Positions 41,151 through 50,496 of a stretch of DNA of 64,000 nt are shown in pieces. The stretch comes from Minisyncoccota bacterium. GTDB taxonomy: Bacteria > Patescibacteriota > Minisyncoccia > Minisyncoccales > JAQTPW01. How positions within the stretch are numbered: the stretch's first letter is position 1; each line of letters starts with the position of its first letter. The notes beneath the pieces were generated by a model. The model did not search any database, was not told the origin of the DNA, and saw only the letters and a program-made list of their open reading frames with translations. The stretch spans positions 35,601 to 99,600 of the forward strand of contig JAQTPW010000002.1 in the NCBI GenBank assembly GCA_028712565.1, written 5' to 3'. A program made the position numbers and the translations under genes.

Positions 41151-42701
41151 ATGCAAAAATTCTTTTTATACGCCCGCAAGTCCACCGATGTGGAAGACAA
41201 ACAAGTTAGGTCTATTGAAGACCAAATATCAGAATTGCGCGCCTTTGCTCAAAAAGAAAATTTAGAAATTACTGATATTTTTATCGAAAAACAATCCGCC
41301 AAAGTTCCGGGCAGGCCAATTTTTAACAAAATGATAAAACGAATTGAAGGGGGCGAGGCAGACGGAATTTTGGCGTGGCACCCCGATAGATTGGCGCGCA
41401 ATTCGGTGGACGGTGGAAAAATTATCTATCTCATTGATTGCGGGCGTATTTCTACCCTGAAATTCCCGACTTTTTGGTTTGAACCAACGCCGCAAGGAAA
41501 ATTCATGTTGAATATTGCTTTTGGGCAAAGCAAATACTATGTTGATAATTTGAGCGAGAATACAAAAAGAGGTTTGCGCCAAAAAGTTAGACGAGGCGAA
41601 TATCCGGGTTTCGCGCCGATTGGATATTTAAACGATTCAAGAATAAAAAGCGTGGTTATGGACAAAAAGAAATCTCAAATTATCAAAAAGGCATTTGAAC
41701 TCTACGCCGAAAACAATTATCGGCTTGAAGATGTTTCTAACTTTTTGGCGCAACAAGGAATTACTTCGCGAGGCGGAAAAAACCTAAAACGAGACAGAAT
41801 TTCTTTTATCCTTTCCAATCCGTTTTATGTCGGGTTATTCAGATATTCTGGCGAAATACACGAAGGCAAGCATCAGCCAATTATATCAAAGAAAATTTTT
41901 GATAAAGCGCAGGAAATCTTAAAGCAAAGAGGAAGACCGCACCACAAACCTAAAAATGAACCTCAACCATTTTGCGGGGTTTTGAAGTGCGGGAATTGCG
42001 GAATGTCCATCACTGGCGAATACAAGGTTAAAAGACAAAAGAACGGCAACGAGCATTACTACACCTATTACCACTGCACCCACAAATCCAAAACAATCAA
42101 ATGCAAAGAGCCTTGTATTCGCCAAGAGAAATTAGATAAACAAATTTCCTCTTTGCTTCAAAAATTTTCTTTGAAAAAAGCTTGGGCAGAAGAATTAAAT
42201 AAAATGTTGGAAAAAGATAAAACGAAAACCGCCCAATCTTTTACCGCTTTTGTTCAAGGAGCGCAAAACAAAGTTAAAGAAATTTCCATCAAACTTCAGC
42301 GTCTTTTGGACGGCTATTTAGAACAAGATATTGAAAGAGAAATTTATAGAGTAGAAAAAGCAAAACTGCTTTCCGAAAAGAAGTCGCTGGAAGAAAAAAT
42401 AACCTCTCTTGAACAAAAGCGGATTGGCTGGATCGAACCGATGAAAGAATGGATAAAAGAAGCAGAAAACCTTCCTAAAATCGCTCAAAACGACAACCTT
42501 TTTGCTAAAAAGGTCGCCTGCCGAAATATTTTCGGCTCGAACCTCATTTTACTAAACCGCGAGGCGCGCCAGAGCGCGCCGAGCGGAACGGATTTCCCTC
42601 TTAAAACGCACTGGGCGGCGCTTTGCGCCGCCCGTGAAATGGCTTCCAAAAAGCCGAAAAGTTTTATCGTGGAGCGGGTAATGGGAATCGAACCCACATA
42701 A
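41151..42701 (+). CDS. large serine recombinase (resolvase domain + recombinase domain + zinc ribbon + coiled coil)
   Basis: YARKSTDVEDKQVRSIEDQ (catalytic Ser motif), HPDRLARN, PFYVGLFRY, and CGVLKCGNCG...YYTYYHCTH. The last codons (..MGIEPT*) read through the T-arm of tRNA-Gly, so the native C-terminus is uncertain. Confidence 0.85.
   Translation: MQKFFLYARKSTDVEDKQVRSIEDQISELRAFAQKENLEITDIFIEKQSAKVPGRPIFNKMIKRIEGGEADGILAWHPDRLARNSVDGGKIIYLIDCGRISTLKFPTFWFEPTPQGKFMLNIAFGQSKYYVDNLSENTKRGLRQKVRRGEYPGFAPIGYLNDSRIKSVVMDKKKSQIIKKAFELYAENNYRLEDVSNFLAQQGITSRGGKNLKRDRISFILSNPFYVGLFRYSGEIHEGKHQPIISKKIFDKAQEILKQRGRPHHKPKNEPQPFCGVLKCGNCGMSITGEYKVKRQKNGNEHYYTYYHCTHKSKTIKCKEPCIRQEKLDKQISSLLQKFSLKKAWAEELNKMLEKDKTKTAQSFTAFVQGAQNKVKEISIKLQRLLDGYLEQDIEREIYRVEKAKLLSEKKSLEEKITSLEQKRIGWIEPMKEWIKEAENLPKIAQNDNLFAKKVACRNIFGSNLILLNREARQSAPSGTDFPLKTHWAALCAAREMASKKPKSFIVERVMGIEPT
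42538..42674 (+). repeat. inverted repeat Y, right copy (inside the recombinase 3' coding region)
   Basis: Identical to the reverse complement of 40847-40983. Contains the GC palindromes ggcgcgc-caga-gcgcgcc and gggcggcgc-ttt-gcgccgccc. Confidence 0.9.
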
Positions 42702-42743
42702 ATAGCTTGGAAAGCTATCACACTACCATTGTGTTATACCCGC
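42670..42743 (-). tRNA. tRNA-Gly(TCC)
   Basis: Acceptor GCGGGTA/TACCCGC, discriminator U, CCA encoded. Anticodon stem ATAGC/GCTAT with loop TT-TCC-AA. T arm GTGGG-TTCGATT-CCCAT. Confidence 0.8.
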
Positions 42744-42804
42744 CTTCGCCAGCCGTAGCTGGCTTCGGCGGGAAATGACCGCCAAGGCTAGCGAAGGCTG
42801 GATG

Positions 42805-42876
42805 TCGGGGGAGAGGGAGTTGAACCCTCAATCTTACGCACCCAAAGCGCACATGTTGCCATTACACCATCCCCCG
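42805..42876 (-). tRNA. tRNA-Pro(TGG)
   Basis: Acceptor CGGGGGA/TCCCCCG, anticodon loop TT-TGG-GT, T arm GAGGG-TTCAACT-CCCTC. Confidence 0.75.
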
Positions 42877-42964
42877 CTGGATAATAACATTCTAATATAT
42901 TTTTCCCCCAAGTCAATTTAACTTTTTTCTTCTTGGGTCCCTTTAAATATGTTATAATATTTTA

Positions 42965-43912
42965 ATGGATAAACCAAAATTTATTGAAAGTGCTAATATT
43001 TACTCCCAGTGCAAAAAATACGGGCTTCCTCTTTGGCAGTGCCCCCAATTTTTATTTTTGATAATGGGAGCAGTTATTGTTACGGCAATTTTAACAACTT
43101 ATATTGTCGGCACCCATTATGTCAACAACCCCCCGCTTATTACTTTAATTATTTTGATATTAGTTGTAATTTTATTTGTCATATCCTTTGTCATAATAAA
43201 GAGCTTTGAAAGGTTGGCAGAAGCAAACCGGATGAAATCTGAATTTGTTAATATTGTTTCTCATCAGTTGAGATCCCCCCTTACAAATTTGAACTGGACG
43301 ATTGAATTATTGATGTCGGGAGAGGTCGGAAAAATCGGAGAAAAACAGGTGGATTATTTCAGAATTTTGAAAGAAAACAGCGGCAGAATGGCTGATCTTA
43401 TTTCCGACCTTTTGATAGCTTCAAAAATTGAAACTGCAACTTTGCCAGCAAAAAAAGAGGAAGTTTCTTTAAGGAAAATATTAGATGAATTAATAAAAGA
43501 ATTCGCCCTTTTTGCAAAAGCTTCAAATGTGGAAATGAAATTTGATTTTCAAGAAAATCTGCCTTTAATTTTAGCAGATTCTTTCCAGATTAAACTCGCA
43601 ATTGAAAACCTTTTGGATAATGCAATCCGCTACGTAAAGACAAACGGCGAAGTTTCAATAAAGCTGGAAAAGCAGGGGAAAAATATTTATTTGGAAATAA
43701 AAGATAACGGAGTCGGCATTCCAAAAGATGATCAGAAATACATTTTCCAAAGATTTTTCCGTTCCGAAAATGCGCTTCGCCACCAGACGCAGGGAACAGG
43801 CTTGGGCCTGTATATAACAAAGGCAATAATAGAAAAATCGGGCGGAAAAATAAGTTTTAAATCAATAGAAAATAAAGGGACAACTTTTTCCCTTATATTC
43901 CCGGCCAAATAA
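42965..43912 (+). CDS. sensor histidine kinase
   Basis: Two TM helices. H-box SHQLRSPLTNL and the HATPase motifs DNAIRY, DNGVGI, GTGLGL. Confidence 0.85.
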   Translation: MDKPKFIESANIYSQCKKYGLPLWQCPQFLFLIMGAVIVTAILTTYIVGTHYVNNPPLITLIILILVVILFVISFVIIKSFERLAEANRMKSEFVNIVSHQLRSPLTNLNWTIELLMSGEVGKIGEKQVDYFRILKENSGRMADLISDLLIASKIETATLPAKKEEVSLRKILDELIKEFALFAKASNVEMKFDFQENLPLILADSFQIKLAIENLLDNAIRYVKTNGEVSIKLEKQGKNIYLEIKDNGVGIPKDDQKYIFQRFFRSENALRHQTQGTGLGLYITKAIIEKSGGKISFKSIENKGTTFSLIFPAK

Positions 43913-43948
43913 AATTTAAAAATTATTATTAATTATTAAATTTAAAAC

Positions 43949-44320
43949 ATGAAAAAAATTCTTTTCATTGAAGACGAATCAGCTCTTCAAAAAACCTTTA
44001 GCGACCTTTTATCAGCCGCGGGATTTGAAATGATTTCTGCCCTAGACGGGGAAATCGGGCTGGAGTTGGCCCAAAGAAAAAATCCAGATTTGGTTCTATT
44101 GGACCTTGTTTTGCCAAAAATGCATGGCTTGGAAGTTTTAAAAAAGCTGAAAGAAGACCCAAAAACGAAAGAAGTACCGATTATTATTTTAACTAATTTG
44201 GAAGGAATGGCAGAAGTTGAAAAAGCGTTAGAACTGGGAGCTACAACTTATTTGGTAAAATCCCAATACGATTTAAAAGAAGTAGCAGAAAAAATAAAAC
44301 AAATTTTAAACAATAAATAA
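43949..44320 (+). CDS. single-domain response regulator (CheY/PilH-like receiver)
   Basis: DE...DLVLLDLVLP..G.....K pattern. 123 aa with no output domain. Confidence 0.85.
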   Translation: MKKILFIEDESALQKTFSDLLSAAGFEMISALDGEIGLELAQRKNPDLVLLDLVLPKMHGLEVLKKLKEDPKTKEVPIIILTNLEGMAEVEKALELGATTYLVKSQYDLKEVAEKIKQILNNK

Positions 44321-46068
44321 TGAAAGTAGAACCGGGACAGCTGAAAGCTTTTTTACTGGACGCTTCCTTGATTACCGAAGAGCAATTTGGCGAGGCGCAA
44401 AAAAAAGCCAAAGGCTGCGATAAAAAAATCGAGGATGTTTTAATTTCTGACGGATTAATCAGCCAAGAAGAATTAATAAAACTTGAGGCCTATATTTTGG
44501 GCATTCCTTTTGTCAATTTGGAAAAAGAAATAATATTGCCGGAAATTTTAAAAATAATACCAGAGCCCATCGCCAGGTCAAATAATATAATTGCTTTTAG
44601 AAAAAGCGGCCAGAATCTGGAAGTGGCTATGCTAGACCCCGAAGATTTAAGAACAATAGAATTTATTAAAAAAACATCTGATTACAAGATATTGCCGCGC
44701 CTTACCACTCCGGAGGGAATAAAAAATGTTTTGCGCCAATACCAGCAGACCTTGGAAGTCGAATTCGGCGAGATTATTAAAAAAGATGCGGGAATTATCC
44801 AGCCGATAAAAGAAACAGAAGAAGTTGAAGAAAAGGAAGAATTGAGAAAAGCGGCTGAAGAATTGCCGGTAATCAGAATTGTAGACACTTTATTAAAGCA
44901 TGCTATTTTGCAAAGAGCTTCCGATATTCATATTGAGCCGACAGAAAAAGAAGTGATAGTCAGATATAGGATAGACGGGATTTTGCACGACGCCATGGTA
45001 TTGCCCAGGCAGGCAAGCTCAGGAATTGTTGCCAGAATCAAAGTGCTATCAAATTTAAAATTAGACGAACACCGCCTTCCGCAAGACGGCAGGTTCAAAG
45101 TTGAAACCGAAGATTATAAATATTCTATCAGGGTTTCAATTTTGCCTGTTTTTGACGGGGAAAAAATCGTAATGAGGCTGCTTCCTGAAACTTCAAGGGC
45201 TTATACTTTGGAGGGCTTGGGCCTGAGAGGCGAAGCTTTGGAAAAAATACAAGACAATCTTAGAAAACCAGTAGGGATGATTTTGGTGACAGGCCCCACC
45301 GGGTCTGGTAAGACAACAACTTTATATGCCATGATGGAAATTTTGAATACGCCTTCAGTAAACATATCCACGGTTGAAGATCCGGTTGAGTACAGGATGC
45401 CAAGAGTGAACCAAACCCAGGTAAATCCAAAAATCGGCTTCACTTTTTCCAGCGGGCTTAGGTCTTTGGTCAGGCAAGATCCGGATGTTTTAATGGTCGG
45501 GGAAATCAGGGATAATGAAACTGTGAGTTTGGCAATAAATGCGGCCCTGACCGGCCACTTGGTTTTATCTACTTTGCATACAAATTCCGCTGCGGGCTCT
45601 ATTCCAAGATTAATAGATATGAAAGCCGAACCCTTTTTGATTTCTTCTACTTTAAACTGCATTTTAGCCCAGAGATTGGTCAGAAAGCTTTGCGACGAAA
45701 AGGAAAAATACAATTTGAAGGAAGCTGAACTGAAAAATATAGAAAAATATTGCGATTTAAACAGAATTTTAAAAATTTTAAAAGAGGAAAAAATAGTATC
45801 TCAAAAAGCAACTTGGAAAAACGTTGATTTTTACCGGGCGAAGCCCACAAAAGAAAACCCCGAAGGGTATAAAGGCAGGGTTGGGATTTACGAAGTCCTG
45901 TCGGTGACAGAAACAATAAAAGAAATGATTATAAAACAGGCGTCTTCAGACCAAATTCAAGAGCAAGCCCAAAAAGAAGGAATGAGGACAATGCTTGAAG
46001 ACGGGTTTGTTAAAGCTGCCCAGGGGCTGACAAGCATAGAAGAAATTTTGAGGGTTATTATTGAATAA
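44320..46068 (+). CDS. pilB: type IV pilus assembly ATPase (GspE/PilB family)
   Basis: N-terminal MshEN-like domain, Walker A GPTGSGKTTT, Asp/His boxes, 582 aa. Confidence 0.9.
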   Translation: MKVEPGQLKAFLLDASLITEEQFGEAQKKAKGCDKKIEDVLISDGLISQEELIKLEAYILGIPFVNLEKEIILPEILKIIPEPIARSNNIIAFRKSGQNLEVAMLDPEDLRTIEFIKKTSDYKILPRLTTPEGIKNVLRQYQQTLEVEFGEIIKKDAGIIQPIKETEEVEEKEELRKAAEELPVIRIVDTLLKHAILQRASDIHIEPTEKEVIVRYRIDGILHDAMVLPRQASSGIVARIKVLSNLKLDEHRLPQDGRFKVETEDYKYSIRVSILPVFDGEKIVMRLLPETSRAYTLEGLGLRGEALEKIQDNLRKPVGMILVTGPTGSGKTTTLYAMMEILNTPSVNISTVEDPVEYRMPRVNQTQVNPKIGFTFSSGLRSLVRQDPDVLMVGEIRDNETVSLAINAALTGHLVLSTLHTNSAAGSIPRLIDMKAEPFLISSTLNCILAQRLVRKLCDEKEKYNLKEAELKNIEKYCDLNRILKILKEEKIVSQKATWKNVDFYRAKPTKENPEGYKGRVGIYEVLSVTETIKEMIIKQASSDQIQEQAQKEGMRTMLEDGFVKAAQGLTSIEEILRVIIE

Positions 46069-46075
46069 AATTAAA

Positions 46076-47296
46076 ATGGCAAAATATTTTTATACGGCAA
46101 AATCCATAAGAGGGGAGGAAAAAACCGGCGAGGCCGAGGCAAAAGACGAACATCAATTAGCCCGAGCCCTCCGCCAGGAAGGGTTTATTTTAATTTCCGC
46201 AGAAATGAAAGAGGGCGCCGAAAAAAGGAAATTTAGCATGCACTTTTCAATTTTTGATAAGGTTGGGCTTAAAGAAAAAATATTCTTTGTAAGAAATTTA
46301 AGAATAATGATAGCGGCCGGTATTTCTCTGCCGAGGTCTCTGAATTCTTTAGCTGAGCTTACGAAGAATAAAAAATTCAAAAAAACGATTCTTGAAATTG
46401 TAGAAGAAGTTAATAAAGGAAAAAACTTTGCTGACTCCTTATCCAAACACCCCGATGTTTTTTCTGAACTTTTCTGCAGTTTGGTGGCAGTAGGGGAAGA
46501 ATCGGGAACCCTGGAAGAAGTTTTGCAAAACTTGACCGTGCAAATGGAAAAGCAGAATGAACTTTCTTCAAAATTAAAGGGAGCCATGATTTATCCCGTT
46601 GTCATCATTTGTGCAATGATTGGCATTGGAATTTTAATGCTCATTATGGTGGTTCCCCCATTGTCTGCAACATTTGCAGATTTGGGAGTAGAGCTTCCGC
46701 CAATGACCAGAGCCGTTATCTTTCTCGGAAAAATTATGTCTGAAAAATGGTACTTTTTATTGATACTGCTAATTATTTTCGTTTTTTCAATAAGATCGGC
46801 TATTAATACAAAATCCGGGAAAAGAAGAATTGATAAAATTTTATTAAAAATTCCTATAATTTCCCAGCTTATTAAAAAAAGCAATTCCGCCTCTGCGGTA
46901 AGAACAGTTGGATCCCTGGTTGGTTCTGGAGTAACAATGATAAGGGCTTTGGAAATTACTGCCGGAGTTTTAGGGAATGTTTATTTTAAAGAATCAATGC
47001 TAGATGCGGTTGAGAAAGTGAGAAAGGGCAAAAAATTATCCGAGGCCTTGAGGCCTTATGAGAATTTATATTCTTTGATTGTAGTCCAAATGCTGGAAGT
47101 CGGGGAAGAAACCGGGGAAACTTCCGATATTTTGCAAAAACTCGCTGATTTTTTTGATGAAGAAGTGGCAATTGCCACTAAAAATTTCGCAACTATAATT
47201 GAGCCGGCTTTAATGCTTGTAGTCGGAGGAGCAATCGGTTTTTTTGCAGTTTCAATGATCCAGCCGCTATATAGCATGCTAGGGTCAATAAAATAA
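46076..47296 (+). CDS. pilC: type IV pilus platform protein (GspF/PilC family)
   Basis: MAKYFYTAKS..G start typical of PilC. Two GspF repeats with 3 TM helices. Confidence 0.9.
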   Translation: MAKYFYTAKSIRGEEKTGEAEAKDEHQLARALRQEGFILISAEMKEGAEKRKFSMHFSIFDKVGLKEKIFFVRNLRIMIAAGISLPRSLNSLAELTKNKKFKKTILEIVEEVNKGKNFADSLSKHPDVFSELFCSLVAVGEESGTLEEVLQNLTVQMEKQNELSSKLKGAMIYPVVIICAMIGIGILMLIMVVPPLSATFADLGVELPPMTRAVIFLGKIMSEKWYFLLILLIIFVFSIRSAINTKSGKRRIDKILLKIPIISQLIKKSNSASAVRTVGSLVGSGVTMIRALEITAGVLGNVYFKESMLDAVEKVRKGKKLSEALRPYENLYSLIVVQMLEVGEETGETSDILQKLADFFDEEVAIATKNFATIIEPALMLVVGGAIGFFAVSMIQPLYSMLGSIK

Positions 47297-47300
47297 ACAG

Positions 47301-48179
47301 ATGTTGTTACAAAAAACCTTAAAAAGTTTCACTTTAATAGAAATTCTTATAGTTCTGGGAGTTTTTATGATTCTTGTCGCGATTTCTATGCCCAGTTTAA
47401 TCAATATCCGAAGGCAGGCAGAATTGGACAACGCCGCAGAAGAAATTATTAATACCTTGCGCCTTGCGCAAAGCAAAGCCTTGTCAGCTGTTGGCGCCAG
47501 CGAATGGGGAGTTTATTTTGACAATTCAACAACCCCTCATCAATTTGTCTTATTTAAGGGAAATAACTATGCAACGAGAATTGTTTCATTTGACCAAATC
47601 CATAAAATTCCAAAAACTGCAGAATTTTCCCAGATCAATTTGTCGGGCGGAAAGGAAACTTCTTTTGAAAGAATTTCTGGCTTTGCTTTGCAGGACGGAA
47701 GCGTTTCCTTGCGGCAAAAAAACGATCATTCAAAAACCAGCGCAGTTTATGTTGAGAATTCAGGAAGGATAGGAAAAGGTTCTCCGCCTTCTCCTTCTGA
47801 CGCCGAAAGAATAAAAGATTCCCGCCATGTCCATTTCCATTACAGCCGGCTGATTAACACAGGCTCCGAGATTATAACTTTAAAATTTGATGACACTGTT
47901 GCTAAAGATATTCCTATCGCAGATAATATGAGAGATGACCAAATTTATTGGTCGGGCGAAGTTGCAGTTTCGGGGCAAACCCAAAAAATAACAATTCACA
48001 CCCATTCTTTGAATATGCTTGGCACAAATTTTTGCGTTCACCGGGAAGGAGGAGAAAATACAAAGAGCTTGGAAATAAATATTAGCGAAGACGGTTCGGG
48101 ATATTTATTGAAATTTTCAGCTGATGGCAAAACCGTAGACAGGACTTCAATTTATACAATAGACATACAATGGCAATAA
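47301..48179 (+). CDS. prepilin-type N-terminal domain protein (pilin/pseudopilin)
   Basis: KSFTLIEILIVLGVFMILVAI, an N-terminal methylation-type motif lacking the usual Gly at -1. Confidence 0.6.
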   Translation: MLLQKTLKSFTLIEILIVLGVFMILVAISMPSLINIRRQAELDNAAEEIINTLRLAQSKALSAVGASEWGVYFDNSTTPHQFVLFKGNNYATRIVSFDQIHKIPKTAEFSQINLSGGKETSFERISGFALQDGSVSLRQKNDHSKTSAVYVENSGRIGKGSPPSPSDAERIKDSRHVHFHYSRLINTGSEIITLKFDDTVAKDIPIADNMRDDQIYWSGEVAVSGQTQKITIHTHSLNMLGTNFCVHREGGENTKSLEINISEDGSGYLLKFSADGKTVDRTSIYTIDIQWQ

Positions 48180-48658
48180 AAATCTGCAAAAAAATTAATA
48201 AAGGCTTCAGTCTCATCGAAGTTTTAATAGCAATTTTCATTGTTTCTGCTGGGCTGGTCGCTATTTTGAGCCTGACCAATTCTTCTCTGAAAAATCTGTT
48301 TTTAATAAAAGAAAATAATTCGGCCTTAAATCTTGCCAAAGAAACTGCTGAAGCAGTAAGAAGCTTTAGGGACGAGACAACCTGGAGCTCAGATGGCTTG
48401 GGTTTGATAATAAATAACGTAAGCTATTATCCAAAAAAAACCGGATCTCCCCAAAAATGGAATTTGCTCCAAGGCACAGAAACATTGGGCCGCTTTACCA
48501 GAAAAGTAATTTTTAGCGAAGTTTTCAGAGATGCAAACACTAGTAATATAGTTTCAGTTGGCGGGACAAGCGATCCGAATACAAAAAAAGCGACAATTAC
48601 TGTTTCCTGGAGGGATAAAAAGGTGGAAATTATCACTTACTTTACAAATTGGAGATGA
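48170..48658 (+). CDS. pseudopilin (prepilin-type cleavage/methylation N-terminus)
   Basis: KG-FSLIEVLIAIFIV. Confidence 0.7.
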   Translation: MAIKICKKINKGFSLIEVLIAIFIVSAGLVAILSLTNSSLKNLFLIKENNSALNLAKETAEAVRSFRDETTWSSDGLGLIINNVSYYPKKTGSPQKWNLLQGTETLGRFTRKVIFSEVFRDANTSNIVSVGGTSDPNTKKATITVSWRDKKVEIITYFTNWR

Positions 48659-49170
48659 TAAAAAACAAAAAAGGTTTTACATTAATTGAGCTTTTGGTCT
48701 ATATCGGGATTTTTTCTATTTTGGCAGCTGGTATTTTTTCTTTTGTTATTTGGGTAGTGCAGTCAAATCATAAGACGATGGTAAGCCGGGAAGTTTTGGA
48801 CAATGCAAGAAGGGCAATGGAAATCATTACGTATCAAATAAGAGAGTCAGAAAACGTTTATTCTTCAACCAGCGTATTTGAAATCAGTCCGGGCCAGCTT
48901 TCTTTGAAAACAAAAAAATATTTGCCTTCTGGAGAAGAGGAAAGCTATATTGATTTTTATATTTGTGAAAACAAATTGTGCTTAAAAGAAGAAGAGCAGG
49001 CTCCCATTCCTTTTACTTCAGACAGGGTAAAAATAGATAAATTAATTTTCAATAAAGTGGGAGAAAATTCTATTCAAATTTATTTAAAAGTTGACTATTT
49101 GGCTCCCAATAACAAGTCAGAATACCAGGGGTCGGCAGATGCGACCTCAACAGTTAACATAAGATATTAA
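48649..49170 (+). CDS. pseudopilin (prepilin-type cleavage/methylation N-terminus)
   Basis: KKG-FTLIELLVYIGIF. Confidence 0.7.
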   Translation: MEMIKNKKGFTLIELLVYIGIFSILAAGIFSFVIWVVQSNHKTMVSREVLDNARRAMEIITYQIRESENVYSSTSVFEISPGQLSLKTKKYLPSGEEESYIDFYICENKLCLKEEEQAPIPFTSDRVKIDKLIFNKVGENSIQIYLKVDYLAPNNKSEYQGSADATSTVNIRY

Positions 49171-49174
49171 ATAT

Positions 49175-50461
49175 ATGGATTTTTGTTTTAAAAACAGTGA
49201 AAAAGGTTTTGTCGCTATTTTAATGGCAATTTTGGTTTTATTTGTGATGGTGGGAGTGGGTTTGTACATTGGGATTTTGGCTGTGGGAGAGCAAAAAATT
49301 TCCAGCGAATCGGTTTTGGGAACTCAAGCATATTACGCCTCCGAAGCCGGGATTGAAGACGCGCTTTTAAGGATAAATAAAAAATTGCATTGGATAAGCC
49401 CTTATAAAATAACCGTCGGAGGCGCTTCAGCTACTACAACAATATCGGGCGCTCTCGGCGGCTCAAGGACAATTACTTCGGAAGGGGAAATTGCAAAAAG
49501 GGCAAAAAAAATAGAAGTCATTTGCGAGGTTTCTACTGATAAAATTTCTTTTTACTACGGAGCTCAAGTCGGTGATGGAGGTTTGGTAATAGGAAATAAT
49601 GCAACGATAGTGGGAAACGTTTTTTCCAATGGAACCATAATTTCTGGCAATGGCGGTAGTGCTACTGGCAGCGTTGTTGTAGCGCGTAATGGCAATAAAA
49701 TTAAAAACTTAATAGTTGGAGGAGATGCAATTGTTCATACCTGCGAAGGCTCAACAATAGCGGGAACCTTAACATATGTTTCTGGAGGAAGCGTCGGAGA
49801 TTGCACTGCCGGAACAGAGATAAAAAGCAGGCCGAATGAAGTAAGCCCCCAGGATCTTCCCATTTCTCAAAGCCAGATTGATAAATGGAAACAGGAAGCC
49901 GCGGCAAGAGGAATTATAAGCAACGATGTTTTTTTAACAGACGGCTCTATAAATTCTTTAGGCCCGATCCAAATCGGGACTCCTGAAAATCCTAAAAATT
50001 TAACCGTGACCAATAATGCAAGATTAAAAGTTCTTGGGACTATTTATGTAACAGGAAACATTAATTTTAGCAATAATTCAATAATAGAATTGGATAATAA
50101 CTCTTACGGTTCTTACAGCGGGACTATTGTGGCAGACGGAAAAATAAATATTTATAATAACTCTGTGGAAAGGGGTTCGGGCGCCGCCGGAAGCTATATC
50201 TTGATTCTTTCCACAAACAATTCAGTTGATCCGGTTTCCCCGGCAATAAACGTATCAAACAATGCTGACGGTGCGATCTTTTATACAAATTTAGGAATGA
50301 TTTCTCTTAGCAACAATATGCGAGCCAGAGAAATTACTGGATATATGGTAAATCTTAATAATAATGCTGTGGTCCAATATGAGAGAGGCTTGGAAAACTC
50401 TAATTTTTCTGGAGGGACAGGCGGGGCTTGGGAAGTGACGAGCTGGAAAGAAATAGAGTAA
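49175..50461 (+). CDS. PilX-like N-terminally anchored minor pilin candidate with beta-helix-like repeat region
   Basis: EKGFVAILMAILVLFVMV anchor followed by G/N/S-rich repeats (GNVFSNGTIISGNGGSATGSVVV...). Confidence 0.5.
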   Translation: MDFCFKNSEKGFVAILMAILVLFVMVGVGLYIGILAVGEQKISSESVLGTQAYYASEAGIEDALLRINKKLHWISPYKITVGGASATTTISGALGGSRTITSEGEIAKRAKKIEVICEVSTDKISFYYGAQVGDGGLVIGNNATIVGNVFSNGTIISGNGGSATGSVVVARNGNKIKNLIVGGDAIVHTCEGSTIAGTLTYVSGGSVGDCTAGTEIKSRPNEVSPQDLPISQSQIDKWKQEAAARGIISNDVFLTDGSINSLGPIQIGTPENPKNLTVTNNARLKVLGTIYVTGNINFSNNSIIELDNNSYGSYSGTIVADGKINIYNNSVERGSGAAGSYILILSTNNSVDPVSPAINVSNNADGAIFYTNLGMISLSNNMRAREITGYMVNLNNNAVVQYERGLENSNFSGGTGGAWEVTSWKEIE

Positions 50462-50496
50462 AGCGCAGAACATGAAACGCAAAGCAAAAATAAAAT

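Larger units (their letters stand above)
37535..42674. mobile_element. putative tRNA-Gly-integrated element with large serine recombinase and nested inverted repeats
   Basis: The gag trinucleotide occurs at both boundaries (37535-37537 and 42672-42674). The right boundary lies in the 3' terminal nucleotides of tRNA-Gly(TCC). An internal inverted copy of the joined ends spans 40674-40983. The recombinase is at 41151-42701. See findings. Confidence 0.55.

Noticed and set aside
42640-42701. The last roughly 20 codons of the recombinase ORF (..KSFIVERVMGIEPT*).
   Set aside because: I kept the ORF coordinates, but I do not trust this tail as a native C-terminus. It is a read-through into the tRNA-Gly acceptor and T-arm created by the junction.
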